Positions 46,139-58,522 of a DNA stretch of 64,000 bases are shown here, one piece after another. This DNA is from Cladosporium halotolerans (lineage: Eukaryota). Positions within the stretch are counted from its first letter, which is position 1, and every line of letters starts with the position of its first letter. The stretch spans positions 62,001-126,000 of the forward strand of contig NW_027191492.1 in NCBI RefSeq assembly GCF_011745625.1, given 5' to 3'. Below the pieces are notes generated by a model. The model was not told the origin of the DNA, did no database searches, and worked only from the letters and a program-made list of their open reading frames with translations. A program made the translations under genes and the position numbers.

Positions 46139-49100
46139 CTAAAATCCAAAAGGATTCTGTGGCGCTAAAGAAAGAGTCAGCATCGATCGCTCTCGTGAAA
46201 TGACTACTAAGGATGGAAAACTTACTAGCACGGCTCAGCTCCGCCCTGCCCGTCTTCTGCGGCACCAACTTCTGCTGACCGGGCTGCACGCCGAAGCGCA
46301 CGGGCGGCGGAGGGCCGGTCTTCTGCGGCACCAGAGGAGCCATTGGGCCCAGGACGCCGCCTGTCTGCTGGGGCGGGAGTTGAGGGGCAGGCTGCCCGAA
46401 AGTGCCGTTCATTGCGCCTGTTGGCTGGGCGATGTTGAAGCTGGGTTGCTGTTGTTGGAAGCCGGGCTGCTGCTGGAAGCCAGGGGTTTGTTGGGGAGAG
46501 AATGAGTTGCCGAGACCCGAGGGCGCCGCTTGGAATGGTTGGCGCGGTGGGTCTGCGAAGGGAGAGCCGGTTTGTTGACCCATGTTCAAGGCTTGTTGAT
46601 AGCCCTGCTGCGGCTGGCCGAATTGAGATTGGCCGAACTGGCTTTGTGGTTGGAAACCAGTGGGCTGGGGTTGCATGCCCGGGTATTGCTGTTGCATCTG
46701 CGGCATCATGCCATTCTGCTGTTGCATGCCATATCCTGTGGCTTGCGGTTGGAATTGCTGGAATTGCTGCTGAGCCTGCTGTCGGGCCTGCAGTTCCTGC
46801 AAGCTCTGACCTTGAGGAGCCATCTGGGCTGGCTGATACCCTGTTTGCATGGGCTGCTGGAAGCCAGTGAGCTGAGGCTGGAGAGGAGGCGGGCCGAAAG
46901 CGGACTGTTGGGGCTGCAAGCCTGGTGCTGAGGCAGCGCGAGGCGGCGGAGGCATAGGGAAGCCCGCTCCTGTAGGCTGCTGGGCGGGAGGCACTGGCCT
47001 CTGGTAACCAGTCTGCTGTGGCTTGAGAGCCGCAATCTTCTCGAAGATTGCCTGATCAGCACCTTGCGGCTGCTGCGGTTGGGGCGACTGCCCAGGCTCA
47101 GGTGCAGGTGCTGGAGCTGCCGGAGGCGCAGCGACAGGTTTGGCGCCTGTAGGTTCGGGCTGCAGAGGTAGAGCGAGCAAGGACAGGTCGTCGTTAAGCT
47201 TGGGCTGAGGCTGAGGCTTGGGCGGTTCAGCAGCTGCGGGTGCAGGTGCAGGTGCAGGCGCAGCAGTCGGAGTCTCTGTTCGCGAAGGCTTCACATCCCA
47301 GGCATCATCGTCGAAACCATTGGCTGCTTTACCAGGCGGCGGAGCAGAAGCCAGCGGGGTGGCCTTGGCGTCAGACGCAGCGTCCTTGGGCTTGAAAGCA
47401 TCTTCGTCCACGACGTCGTTGGTTTGAACAGGGGGCGCTGGCCTTCCCTTGCGAGTGTTGTTTCGCAAAGTACCGTCGGGACCAGAGAACAGACCACCAG
47501 GCGCCGCGTCAGACTTGTCTCCATCGGCGGTCCCTTGGTTCCTGTCGTATTTGCTATCCAGATGTTTCATGACACGCAGGATATCGCCTTCCTTGAGGCC
47601 GAGGGTTCGCAAAAGCTGAGCGTTGACATCAGGAAGCACTTCCGGGCCCATCTCATCTCGCGAGAAAGCCCCCGCGTATCGTTCACAAATTTGAGGGTTG
47701 ACGCCGCATTGCAGGAAGAAGTCAAACCAGTCGTGTTCGTCCTTCTTGATGCTCGCTCCGGCCCTCCCTTCAGACTTCTTCTGGGTCGATCGTCGTTTGA
47801 TGTCGCTCAAAGGCTTATCCTCATCGAGAGAAGTGCCAGTGGCTTGCTCGACGTATTCCAGATCTTCGACAGCCATCTTCGACACAGGGACAGCAATCTT
47901 GACACCATTCTGCTTGTGAAGGTGAATCTTGCCATCGCGTAGACCAATGAATTCGGCCTCGACTTTGAATGTGCCAGATCGATCAGTCCAGGTTCGTACA
48001 CGGTCTTGTTTGGGCTTAGTCCTCGCGGCTTGGTCTTTGCTCTTTCTTTGGTCGCGTTTCGAGTCGCCCAGAAGACTACTGGCGCGCTCGGGAAGGTTGA
48101 GGCCCAGACCCGGGCCGTCCTTGTCGCTCTTACGCTTGTCTTTTCTTGCGGCCTCGCGTGTAAGACGCTGCTCTTCAAGTCTGTTCTGCTCCACTGTGCT
48201 GCGAGCGGTGTCCAAGCCGGAGATGGTCTCTCCTTGCATAGTTCCGGTGACCTCGACATAGGAAGCGGGGACGACGCCCTCCTTGCCGTTCTTCAATCGC
48301 CTGACCATCCACCATTCAGTGCTCTTGGTGTCGTCAATCACGATGACTTCATCGCCTTCAGCGACAGTGACCTCATCTAGGCCTTGCGCCATGAATTCAT
48401 AGACCATGTGACCCTTCTTCCTTCCGGCGCCATTTGATCCTGCGCTGGCAGCCCAGACTTCTTTCAGACCTTCCCCTCTGACCGCGCCCGCCAGCTCGCC
48501 AAGAGAGGAGACAATTTCTCTAGCAGTGTCCTTCGCTCCAGCGTGGAAGTCGACACTCTTGCTAGGTCGCACAAGTTCCACGAACACATGCTTTCCTTCA
48601 ATGCTGTAGTGGGTGAGCTTCTCCGCAGTCCACTCCTGACTTGGTCCATCCCTGCTCTTCTCCGGGCTGATCATAATCATGCCCTTGCCAACATTGATTC
48701 CAAGCGTGGTGGGCATCTTCTTGTTGCGACCCATGACAGAGACCATCTCGTGTACGTTATACAGGTGGTAGCCGCCAGGTGATCGCAGACCGGGATCCTC
48801 CTCAGGAGGATAGCCAGAAGATATGGAGCGGTGTGGCAGGGAAGTCGTCACGCCTCCAGGAAGTTCAGGCGATCGCATGGGCGGGGACGCATATTGTGCC
48901 GGTGGAGGAGAAACAGGTGCCTGCGACATGGGGCGCGTTGGAAGGGAAGGCGCCTCGTCCTCACTCTCTTCGGGTGTATATTGCTGCGGCGGTGCCATCG
49001 GAGGAGGGGGAGCTGCGAGCTGTCTTTCCCTCACAGGTGCAGGCTCAGCATTGGCGCCACCAGTCTTCTGGGCAATGATGCCTGCCAGCGCAGCGGCTGG

Positions 49101-49619
49101 GTTATTCGAGGGCGGGCTGTTGGACGAAGGGCCAGGATAATCAGCCTCACCCGGCAGAGGTTTGTCCATGTCTGGTTCCGGCCGTGTGGGCATGGGCGGC
49201 GGAGCAGGAGCGGGCGGTGGCGACGCTGCGGCGGCGGCATTCGACGTCGCTTCGATATAGATAGCTGGAGCGAAGCCATACTCGCCATTGCAGCCGACGA
49301 GCGTCCAGTCCGGGTCGCTAGTGTCGTAGACCTCCAGTCGGGCTTCCTCACGAAAACTGAGCTCTTCATCCGTCTGCTTGGTGTAGTCGTAGAGGGCTTT
49401 CGCGCCGTGTATGGGTGCCGCCTCCTCGATGTAGTTGCTTGGAATCAGACCTTCGGGCTCATCGTCGTCGTCAGAAGCTGCCTTTTTCTTTGCCTTCCAC
49501 CAATCATCCTCAGTGCTCTTTTCTAAAACAAATAGCAGATCGCCATCTTTGATCTCCAGCTCCTCGTCCGACTGCGGGGTGTAGTCGTAGAGGGCGCGGT
49601 AGACGCCGAGGAAGACCAT
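46139..49619 (-). CDS. SLA1: Actin cytoskeleton/endocytic adaptor Sla1; intron 46165-46225
   Basis: Three SH3 domains, SHD1 (RTWTDRSGTFKVEAEF), SHD2/SAM (DWFDFFL), QxTG repeats, spliced end ATPQNPFGF. Confidence 0.96.
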
Positions 49620-49690
49620 GGTGGGCGGTGGCGACGTCGGGACAGGCGGGTCGAATTACAGAATGATGCTTCCCATGGGGGCCCGGTGCA

Positions 49691-49733
49691 GCAAGACTGG
49701 CAAGGCTGGCAAGGCCGGCAAGGCTGGCAAGGT
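49691..49733. repeat. Imperfect 9-bp tandem repeat (CAAGGCTGG-like, about 4.5 copies) upstream of SLA1
   Basis: caagactgg caaggctgg caaggccgg caaggctgg caagg read directly. Confidence 0.8.
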
Positions 49734-49905
49734 GGATGCGGCGGAAGGGCGCTTCAGGAGGCAGTGCGCGCGGGCTCAATGGCGTGGAATGACGATGCAG
49801 CTGAGGGCCACAAGCGTGGCTGAAGTGGTGTAATGCGAGGTGCGTGGAGACAAATGCAAGTGCAGGGAAGGGGTGCGGTGGGCGCGGGCGTGGGCGGGAG
49901 AGGCG

Positions 49906-49932
49906 TGGTGGTGGTGGTGGTGGTGGTGGTGG
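49906..49932. repeat. (TGG)9 microsatellite upstream of SLA1
   Basis: Read directly; gives the W9/P/T runs in the ORF track. Confidence 0.9.
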
Positions 49933-51257
49933 AGGATGGTGGTGATGTCTGCACGTGTCCGCGGCCGCTGCTCTCACCTCATGGGCGGGCGGCGCGCTGG
50001 GCTGCTGGCCGCTGGCTGCTGGCTCTGCTGGCTGGCTGGGCTGCTCAGCCGTGCCCTCCGTCATCTTCGCGGCTTGGCTGCCGCAGCGTCACCGTCCGCG
50101 CGCGCCGCCTCTCCACAATCCTCTGCTGCACGCTCCACCTGCTCTTCCAACACCTCCTTGCTCTGGCGCACTGCAGTCGTATCCACCGTGTTCTTGTCTC
50201 ATTAGCTCTATTTGCCAACACTTGCAGTGCACGGTAGGCGGTCTATTGGGTGCGAGAAAGCATTGCATCACGCTCGCTATGGCACACATGCTCTCAAATG
50301 CGATCAATGAATGTCCGTGCCTTCGTACGGTTCTTCATGTCTCGCGGGTGCCGGCCGTGTGCTATGGAAGACAGAACAGGCCATTGATCACTGAATATGA
50401 TCTATGACTGTCGAAAATACCACGCAGCGATCAGCGTTGTGATCGCTGTCGACAAATTCATTGACCAGACGTTCGTGCTGAGCGCCCTGCATCACGCTCT
50501 CAGCCACACAGACTTCAATGCCCACCACCGACCATGAGGGCATACCACACAATACCACAGTCGGCTGGAGACTCATATGTGAGAGTAGGTAACCCACCCG
50601 ACGTCCCGGACGACGCTACCTCGGCGTGCCTCTATCGCGGTCAGCTTGCTGCATCTTCCACTCTGTCGGGATTTCCACCACTTAACGAGTGGGCGAGTCG
50701 ATTCCCACCGCAAATCACACTATGGATATACAAGCCCGTGGCCATGACGGTCGCGAAATTTACATTTTCGCACTCCTCCAGACCTGTCAAGCTTTGGTCT
50801 CCGCGGACGCTCACCTATTGGACGCTGGTATCTGACCAGCTAGCCCCCCAACTTTGCGTATATAAGCGGAAATCTAGTCATGCTAATGGCTCCAAAGGCT
50901 TAAACCACCCCTCGTGAGAGAAGTATAATGCAGCATTTTGAAACTCTCCATTTTTCACATTGCGCTCCCTGCTTTGATAAACCTCGTCAAATGCTCACAG
51001 CTCCCACTCAATTGGCAGTCGTTCTTATCTCCAAGCTTTGTCTGCTTCCTCATCTTCAACGCTCGCTCGAACTGCTACCATTGCCTCTGTGCTCAACATC
51101 TCGCATCGTGTCCACCGAGAGATTTTTCTCCTTCAAGTCAGTGACTTTTCCGCATAAGCCATCCCGCTCAATGGCGAAAGCACGAGTGCTGTGACGATAA
51201 ATCCCGGCATTAGCGCTGACCAAGTGTATAGGAATATAATCTCTCCATAGCTTCGTA

Positions 51258-52901
51258 ATGCGTCTCGCAGTTCCGGCCATTTGCAGTGGCTTGATGCTCG
51301 TTGGAAGCATCTCTGTCACTGCTGCGCATCTGGAACCGAGGCAGCTTTGCAAGCGGGACCCGGACTGGCCTGTGAAGGCTGCATTCGACGAGGCCTTGTC
51401 AAGGGCGTTCAACGAATCTGAGATCACCAATATCAAGGGCGCGCTCAGCATTGCCGTCGACGAGGTCACTGACGTCAACAGAGAGGTCTTTGCCCGCGTT
51501 GTCTCCCCGCCGGCTGCGGACAGGCTCTCCGAAGCCATTTCTGCGATGTACGCCAAGGTAACGGCTCGACTGCATAAAGCTATCGACGAAAACCAGGAGT
51601 CCCTGAAGCAGGCCTCAAACGGAGCCAAGAGGCACGAGATTCTCTCCAGGATCAAGAATGGATTGCGTGAGGTCGCCGCCGAAACCAAGAAGTTGAGGCA
51701 TTCTTCCAACGAGGCCGAAACTGACGACCTTGCGATCCACGCTCGTGGAATCCCTCCACCTCCTCCCCCATTCCAGGATTCCGAGCAGCCATCCCCTGTC
51801 TGGCAACCCCGCGCGTCTGGATGTGACAATTGCCAGTGCGACAGCATCATCAAGAGCGCCTTCAACAACCCGCACGGTAACTTGACGGAGGAACACGGTG
51901 CGTGCTGCATCAGAGGCTGCACTGATCTTCTCGACCGCGAGCTTGTGGCGTCTGGTGTCAGATTATGGAACACGCGTGCTTTCAAATTCCACGGCAGGAT
52001 ACTCCCCCAGGTCACAGAGAAGGAAGTGATTCCAAGAGACTGCAGCGCCAACTGCCCCACCATGTTCTCCAAACATTTCTCCAACCACACCTTCGACATC
52101 AACAGAGAACATGGCCGCGGGTCTTGCATCAACTGGTGCCGTGTCACGACTTACAACAAGATCGGCCACTGGCTGCCTAGCAACCTTACCCTCGACTACC
52201 TGATCCAACCGGTCGAAGACACATCAGACCCGTATGCTGGTCCCCTTCCGAACCCCGATAAGTGCGACTGCAACGACAAGAACAATCAGATAATCCCCAA
52301 AACCGTCGGCCCGGTCTACTACTTCAGCGCCGTCGAGAAAACCCCGTGCATCAAATACTGCCAGGTTAAGCCGGTCCCCTCCAACGTCCCCGCCGCCAAA
52401 GATCCCGCAAACCCCAACGCCCTCCCTTCAAACCCTGTTGTTGAGCATTCTCCAATCGAAGACAGTTACAAGGTCAATTCCATTGCAGATGAGCACGACA
52501 CCGTCCCTGTCACCCCTGATCTGGACGAGCAAAACATCAAGCGCGAAGCGAAGGGCCCGCTGCCGACCCCTCCCCCTAATGACGACGTTTTGCTCGAAGA
52601 TGAACATGAGAACGAGTCCAGAGATCTCCTCCCCGTCCCTAGCAACGAGCCCAGCAGCCTCTCTAAGCGCGACCCCAAGCACCGCAAGCCGAAGCCCCAG
52701 GAAATCTACCACGCGTGCAACTGCGACGACGTCAAAAAGATCATGTACGAGCTGGAATGGATCGACAAGGAGGAGGACATCGCCTGGCACAATGTCTGGA
52801 TGCAGTGGAACACAGACTGCGTCGACAAGTGCGCGGACGAGGCGACATTGAACATGACTTGGGAAGAATACTACAAGGCTTTCAATTCTAGGGGCCCTTG
52901 A
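51258..52901 (+). CDS. Secreted Cys-rich modular protein with multiple Kex2-type sites; unknown function
   Basis: 547-aa intronless ORF; signal peptide; four KR and several PR sites; four C..C-x(n)-C[IV]xxC modules. Confidence 0.8.
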   Translation: MRLAVPAICSGLMLVGSISVTAAHLEPRQLCKRDPDWPVKAAFDEALSRAFNESEITNIKGALSIAVDEVTDVNREVFARVVSPPAADRLSEAISAMYAKVTARLHKAIDENQESLKQASNGAKRHEILSRIKNGLREVAAETKKLRHSSNEAETDDLAIHARGIPPPPPPFQDSEQPSPVWQPRASGCDNCQCDSIIKSAFNNPHGNLTEEHGACCIRGCTDLLDRELVASGVRLWNTRAFKFHGRILPQVTEKEVIPRDCSANCPTMFSKHFSNHTFDINREHGRGSCINWCRVTTYNKIGHWLPSNLTLDYLIQPVEDTSDPYAGPLPNPDKCDCNDKNNQIIPKTVGPVYYFSAVEKTPCIKYCQVKPVPSNVPAAKDPANPNALPSNPVVEHSPIEDSYKVNSIADEHDTVPVTPDLDEQNIKREAKGPLPTPPPNDDVLLEDEHENESRDLLPVPSNEPSSLSKRDPKHRKPKPQEIYHACNCDDVKKIMYELEWIDKEEDIAWHNVWMQWNTDCVDKCADEATLNMTWEEYYKAFNSRGP

Positions 52902-53763
52902 GCGGTTCGCGGCTAGAGGTGCCCTTGCGGTTAGCTCTTTCTGGCAGGCATTGACTTTTGGCTTGACTGAAGGAAAACGCTGACGGTAAGGGTGCGCCAT
53001 TTCCCTCTATTGTCTCTGCCTTGAAGTCTGGCTTGTGGTTCAATTCTGGGTGGCCCGGATGGAACTATTTCTTTTCTTCCTGTGGATTCTTTTCTTATCT
53101 TAGGTTCTGTTCCCTCCCAACCCTTCCCATCCCTCCTCAGGCCGTTTCGTTCCGGGCTTTGCTGCAGGTTGTGTTCGCCGCCCCCATCCTCGGATTCTAT
53201 TCCGTGGTCTGAGTTCTTTGCGTCGGTGACCCATCGTGCGGCTGGAGCTCAGAGGTCGAAGAGGCGGACCCATTCGGTTTACAAGTGTGCTTTTCATCTT
53301 ACGTTTGCTACTTCTACGCCACTCTCCTTTCCCGTGTGTTGACATTGTCTCGTGGGCCACGTCTTATTGTTGGGCGCGAGGGTTGCCCAATTGCCGAAGG
53401 TAATCAGTTGGACAAATAGACATGAATACAAAGTCTATCGTGATTACGTTCCGATAAGTATTTGAAAGCAGAGACTGAGGCCTAGTGAAGAAAATTGTTC
53501 GAGCTTTGATATCCGATGATCGTTTCTGCTTGTGTTACAACCTGATCCGAGGGTTCTTCAGCGGCGTAGCTGCTCACAAAAAGGCGGGATGAGTGATTGA
53601 GTAAATACGCAAATGTGTAGTCATCCTCTCGATAATTCTCGCATTATCCTGTCGATGTTCTAGCCACATCTGCTGGAAAGACGCCCTCATTCGACTTTCA
53701 CATTATGTTCCCGTCACACTACATTAACAACCCCATCACCGAGCCCCAATCCTTCGCCACCAT

Positions 53764-55245
53764 TCAAACGTAGACATAACAAAACTCCCCACCCAGCGTG
53801 TTCATCACCTCGCCCACCGTCGTCGCCCCTCCCGCCCACCCCAACTCAATAGGATCCTCAAAGCTCGCCTTCCTCGACGCCGGCTCATTATTCCACGTCA
53901 CATGCCCGTACTGTCCACCATTCATCTCGCTCTCCGAGTGCCGCGTATCGGGGTCGAGCTCCTGCCACAGAGACCACATCCGATCCATTTGCGTGTGGTG
54001 CACCCAAAAAGCCGGGTCGCCGGGCGACGTGAACATGTCGCTGCCCGGATCGCCGCCGATGGTGAAGTGGCCGCCGCCGTGAGGGCCGATTTCGACGCCG
54101 GCAAAGCCGCCTTCGGATAGAGCGCGGTAGGTTGATATATCAGGTTTGGAGAGCAGGGCTGCGCTCGATGTTAGTCCGGAGTGGAGGAGATTGTCGGTGG
54201 GGATAAACAGGGTCATTTACTCAGTACTGTGCTGTAGTTCGCGTAGCGCAGATTGATCGCCGGGCCTACATCTCGCTTCAGTCGGCGAGGATTGTACCCC
54301 AGTCCGCCTTCAGGGCCCGGTGCGGTGCCGTTGATGCCGCCCACGGGGCCTAGGTTGACGCTCATGTTGGCGAACGGGCCGGTCTCGACGTAGCCGCCTC
54401 CCACGCCGGGCGGGAGTTCGAGGGCTGGGTTGCCATTGAGATCTACGAGCACGATGCCGTCATGCTCGATGCTTTTGCCGTTGCCGCCCAGACTGGTGGG
54501 GCTTCCGTCGAAGATCGGGGAGTCTTGAGGCGCCGAAGCGTATTTGGGCCAGTCCCAGTACTGTTTGACAATTTGTTAGCAAACCTTGGACGACAGTAGC
54601 AGAAGTTTCGGCTGAGGTTGAGACGTACAGGCTGGTACCCTCTGTACCCACACTCGTCACGGAGAGCTTTCTCGTAAGAGTACACAAACCAGCGGTGCCA
54701 GGGCATAAAGTTCCCGGTGAAGTGGATGGTCAGTGTCTGCTGGATGTGAGTGACCACGAAGTCGTCGTACTGTTGGGCTCGTCATCAAACATGACTTCTA
54801 TGCGATTGTGATTCTTCAATGAGTTATACTCACACGAGACCTGACACCTGAAGATACGTTCCTCGGAGTCCGTGCTGGTAGAGCCTGGAGGCACAGCACG
54901 GCCTTGACATAGTCGCGACGTTCTTGTTTCGTCAGGTTACCACTGCGAACCCACACATTAGTGAATTGAAGTGTGTCATCCTTGAGGGAGTCGATAGACA
55001 TACTACTCTTTGCGGAAAACCACCTTATCACGAGTACATGTAGGCTCTCTGCCTTGCGCCTTGTCACAGCTTTCGAGCTCATCAAGTCGTCCGGTTGCTT
55101 TCTGGTATATCGATTGGGTCAAATTTGTATACTTCGACTTGAGCTCTCTGAAGTCAGGCTCTGTGCAGTTGGTGTAATTCGCGTTGAAGCACAGCGATGC
55201 TTGGACCAGCAGGGCGATACACAGGCAGAGCAAAGGGATCTCCAT
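53764..55245 (-). CDS. Secreted tyrosinase/di-copper-centre protein (about 5 exons)
   Basis: Signal peptide MEIPLLCLC; DYVKAVLCL, CuA VTHIQQTLTIHFTGNFMPWHR, QPYWDW, CuB GPHGGGH..SPGDPAFWVHH, FCYVYV. Confidence 0.92.
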
Positions 55246-55875
55246 TGTAACCAGGCGTGAAGCAAGCACCCGGACACAGGGAATCCACCTAGCGATACCA
55301 TCCTATCTATAAGAGACGGCGAACGAAATGCATATCGTTGTCTAGGCAACTTTATCGGCTCGTTTGAGAAGTACATTGTCACGATACGAGCCTTCGACGC
55401 AGTTGAGACGGCAGGAACGCCACATGTAAGAGCGTTCTCTGTACCACGTCAGCTGTTATATTGTGTTGCTTGAGTTGACAGATGCCAGAAGGGGGAATAA
55501 TGCGGAGTGCATGCATCACCGTGCAGGAGTTCAGCCGCAATGCGCTTGCGCGCAGGATCGTCAATATATGGTGCAGGATTGCAATTTGGCGTTACACGTT
55601 GGGAAGCAGGCAGAGGCGAGCACACCGCTTGAGGTTGGTACTTGTTTGCTTTACAAGGAACAGAGGGGGAGCAATCGGGCCGAGGTCTTGGTAGTCAGAA
55701 GAATTGTCGCATGTATCAAAGGGAATTATATATTGGAAAGAGATCGATCTCGCATGGATGTCCTTCCCTTGCGGGCATCGAGCTCCGACTATTTCGTGAC
55801 ATAGTGACGGGAGAGACACAGACCAAGACGCACATGTCAGTAGGGCAAACTAACATTGCGTCGTGACACAGCAAC

Positions 55876-56526
55876 TCAAGCTGCTTGTGAGGGCTTCTTT
55901 GCGCCATTCTTAGCATCAGCAGACTCAATTTCATCGCTGCCTCCCGACGGCGAAACGGATGTCGCCGGTGTAATGTCCAGTCCACGGAAGAGAGCGTCAA
56001 CCTCCCACATTTCGTGCAGCTCCGAAGTCGAGTCTCGCAAACTGTTGCTTGACTCGGGCCCGATGGTAGTCGGGCTTGCAGAGTCCGTCCGGTGATCCTT
56101 GATCTGGTTGCGCGACTGTGACTCTCGGGGAAGAGAGGCAGACGCAGCACTTTGCTCGCCTTCGGAGACGGTGTATCAGCAACCGGTGGTATGGGCTTGC
56201 GAAGATCAAGGATGCTCACCATAGCCTAGATCCATCGCCCTTCCTTTCCCTTTCCCACTCCACTCAGGCTTCGCCTTCGGCTTCAACACTGATGTGCCAA
56301 TGCTCTTCGGTTGCGCGGCATAGCTTGCACGTTGGCGCTCAAGACGGGCGACCATCTCGCGATGCGCTTTGCGCTCGCTGACGGGGACGGACATCCTGGC
56401 GTCGCGCGCGGCGTGCTGGGGTTTGCGGACCGTGGGAGGGATGAATTCCTCGACGGGTTGTGGCGCGTGGCTGGCGGAAGGACTGGGTTTGAATGTTCTC
56501 TTGAGCCAGGCGAAGACGCTTGACAT
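55876..56526 (-). CDS. Hypothetical protein, 2 exons (intron 56160-56219)
   Basis: MSSVFAWLKR exon; GTGAGC donor, GCTGAT branch, AAG acceptor lead in frame into an open exon ending TGA 55876. Confidence 0.55.
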
Positions 56527-56980
56527 TGCGCAGGTCCTCTTGCCTTGGACCGGCACGGCAATATTGGCTGTGTAGCGTCTATGTCTCCAATGTTCTTCCC
56601 AAAGAATGGACGGTGCAATCTCAGGCGAGTGAAATAGTTAGGCGGCTTATGAGATGGTTATCACGACGGTGAAAGTATCTCCGATGCTGATGACAATAAC
56701 AAACATGATGCCGAAGACCGAAGGTAGCGGCTTGGTGGGCGCAAGAAAAGATCACGCAGCGAAGAGACCGGGCTCAACATATCTCACGTGGTGGTAAAAT
56801 CCGCAAATGTGAGAACGTATAGGAGACGCTCAGAGTAAAAGAAGTCAGCAAGTGGGAATGCACTCAACGTGGAGGTCAAGCAGGAGCCAATCCAAGACAT
56901 TTCAAAGGAAAGCAAAAGCTTATACCAGCAATGCGAAATTCGTAGAGTTCGTGATTATTAGTAGCATACACAGTAGCACA

Positions 56981-58092
56981 TCAAGCCCTTTTCCGTAAGG
57001 TTCGACCACCTGCAGCGGGGGTGGGCTCCTTCTTGACTGCTGCGGTCCGCTTTGTGGTGGCTGTCGATACTTTTGGCACAGGTGCCTTCCGTGATGTCGA
57101 TGCTTTCTTTGCGCCAGCTTTCGTCACGATAGTTGTCCCAGCACTAGCGGTGCTGATTTCACTGTCCCCATTCTCACTCGCCATGGCTGCTGAAAGTGCT
57201 GTGCCCGGGCGTTTGGGCTGTCTGCTTGGCGGACGCGAGGATGGCGGATCTGAGGAAAATGTGCTGTGGAATGTTGACTTCGCAGGACTTGCGGGGCGCG
57301 AGTTAAATGAGGACATTTTGCCCGACACAGCTGTCTTCAGTGGCGAGGCAGGTCGGGCACGAGAGTTGTGGGATTTTGGGGACAAGACTGCAGAATTCAC
57401 GTCTTTGCGGGAAGCACCATGAGTGGACTTCGCGGCAGCTGAAGGTGCAGTCTTTGTGCGTTTCTTTGGGTTGGCGAGGTTTTCGTAGTCGGATGAAGTA
57501 TCGGCATTCTCCTTGTTCGAGCCGAAGTGCTCACTGAGGCGCGTTGTTAGTGCTTACATGGTGAAGGACCCTGGCCAAGCAACATACCTCGTTCTCTTCA
57601 AGCTCGTTCTCATCGCTCCACGCGAATGGGCATCTTGAATTTGCAGAGGTGCCGCAGGCTTGGGCTTTGCGGCATCGGCCTGCTCGTCCAGCAAATCTTG
57701 CATGTTACGCTTCCGGAGCGCTTGCGGGATCCGGTTCACACGCATCTCCAATCTTGCGCGCAAACCTTGTGCTTGGAGCGCGTACTGCGCGCGCAGCTTC
57801 CTTGCTCTCTCAGTGACTGTCAATTATGTCAGATATTTCTTCGAGTGTGATATACACGCGGTTCTGATGCCCTACTCTCGAGTTGTAGATTGTCCATGAG
57901 CGCCTGTTTTTGTGCCTCCGTAATGGTCATTGCGCTCCTCTTCTCAGGGCTACGTTCCGGTGTATGTGTTTGCTCGTCTTCGGTCTTCGCGAGAGCTAAG
58001 GTTGGCGGTGCAGGGAAAGCTGGTATGTTGTCGTTGGAGGCGACGGACGCGCTGGCAGACGCGGCCTGTTTTTGCTTGCGCGGAGGCATCAT
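56981..58092 (-). CDS. Borealin/Nbl1 N-terminal domain protein (chromosomal passenger complex), 3 exons
   Basis: ITEAQKQALMDNLQLE/TERARKLRAQYALQAQGLRARLEMRVNRIP; basic low-complexity tail ending GRTLRKRA. Confidence 0.85.
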
Positions 58093-58522
58093 TCGAAGAT
58101 TTCGCAGATGAGATCCCTGAGTTGCGGACGGAAGGTACTAAGAGTCCACTATTCCTCGCGGCGCTTCGACTGCGCAATTAAGTCACTTGTGGTATTTCCG
58201 GCGGTGGTGTATTTATTAGATGTTGTTTCCCCAGACCAAAACAACACGGCGGCGCGCTTGCTCGGACGTCACAGCCGATCGCCACGGAAGTGACCGCACC
58301 GCTCCCGCAGAGCCGCAGGCCGACGCCATCGCTGAGCTATCGACGACGCCGTGCACAGCTGCCACACGTGCAACCATCATCCCACAACCCAACTTTTCCA
58401 CCACCTCACGCTGTTGCTCATCAATCTCCTTCGAATCCGGCTCACACTCCACGCATCCTCATTTCACTAGGCAAGAGCCGACCAATACCTACCCCACATC
58501 AACCGCCAGCAACACCGCCAAC

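Noticed and set aside
45957..46225. Hydrophobic C-terminal tail of the Sla1 ORF
   Set aside because: Artefact of reading through intron 46165-46225; the spliced end is TPQNPFGF*
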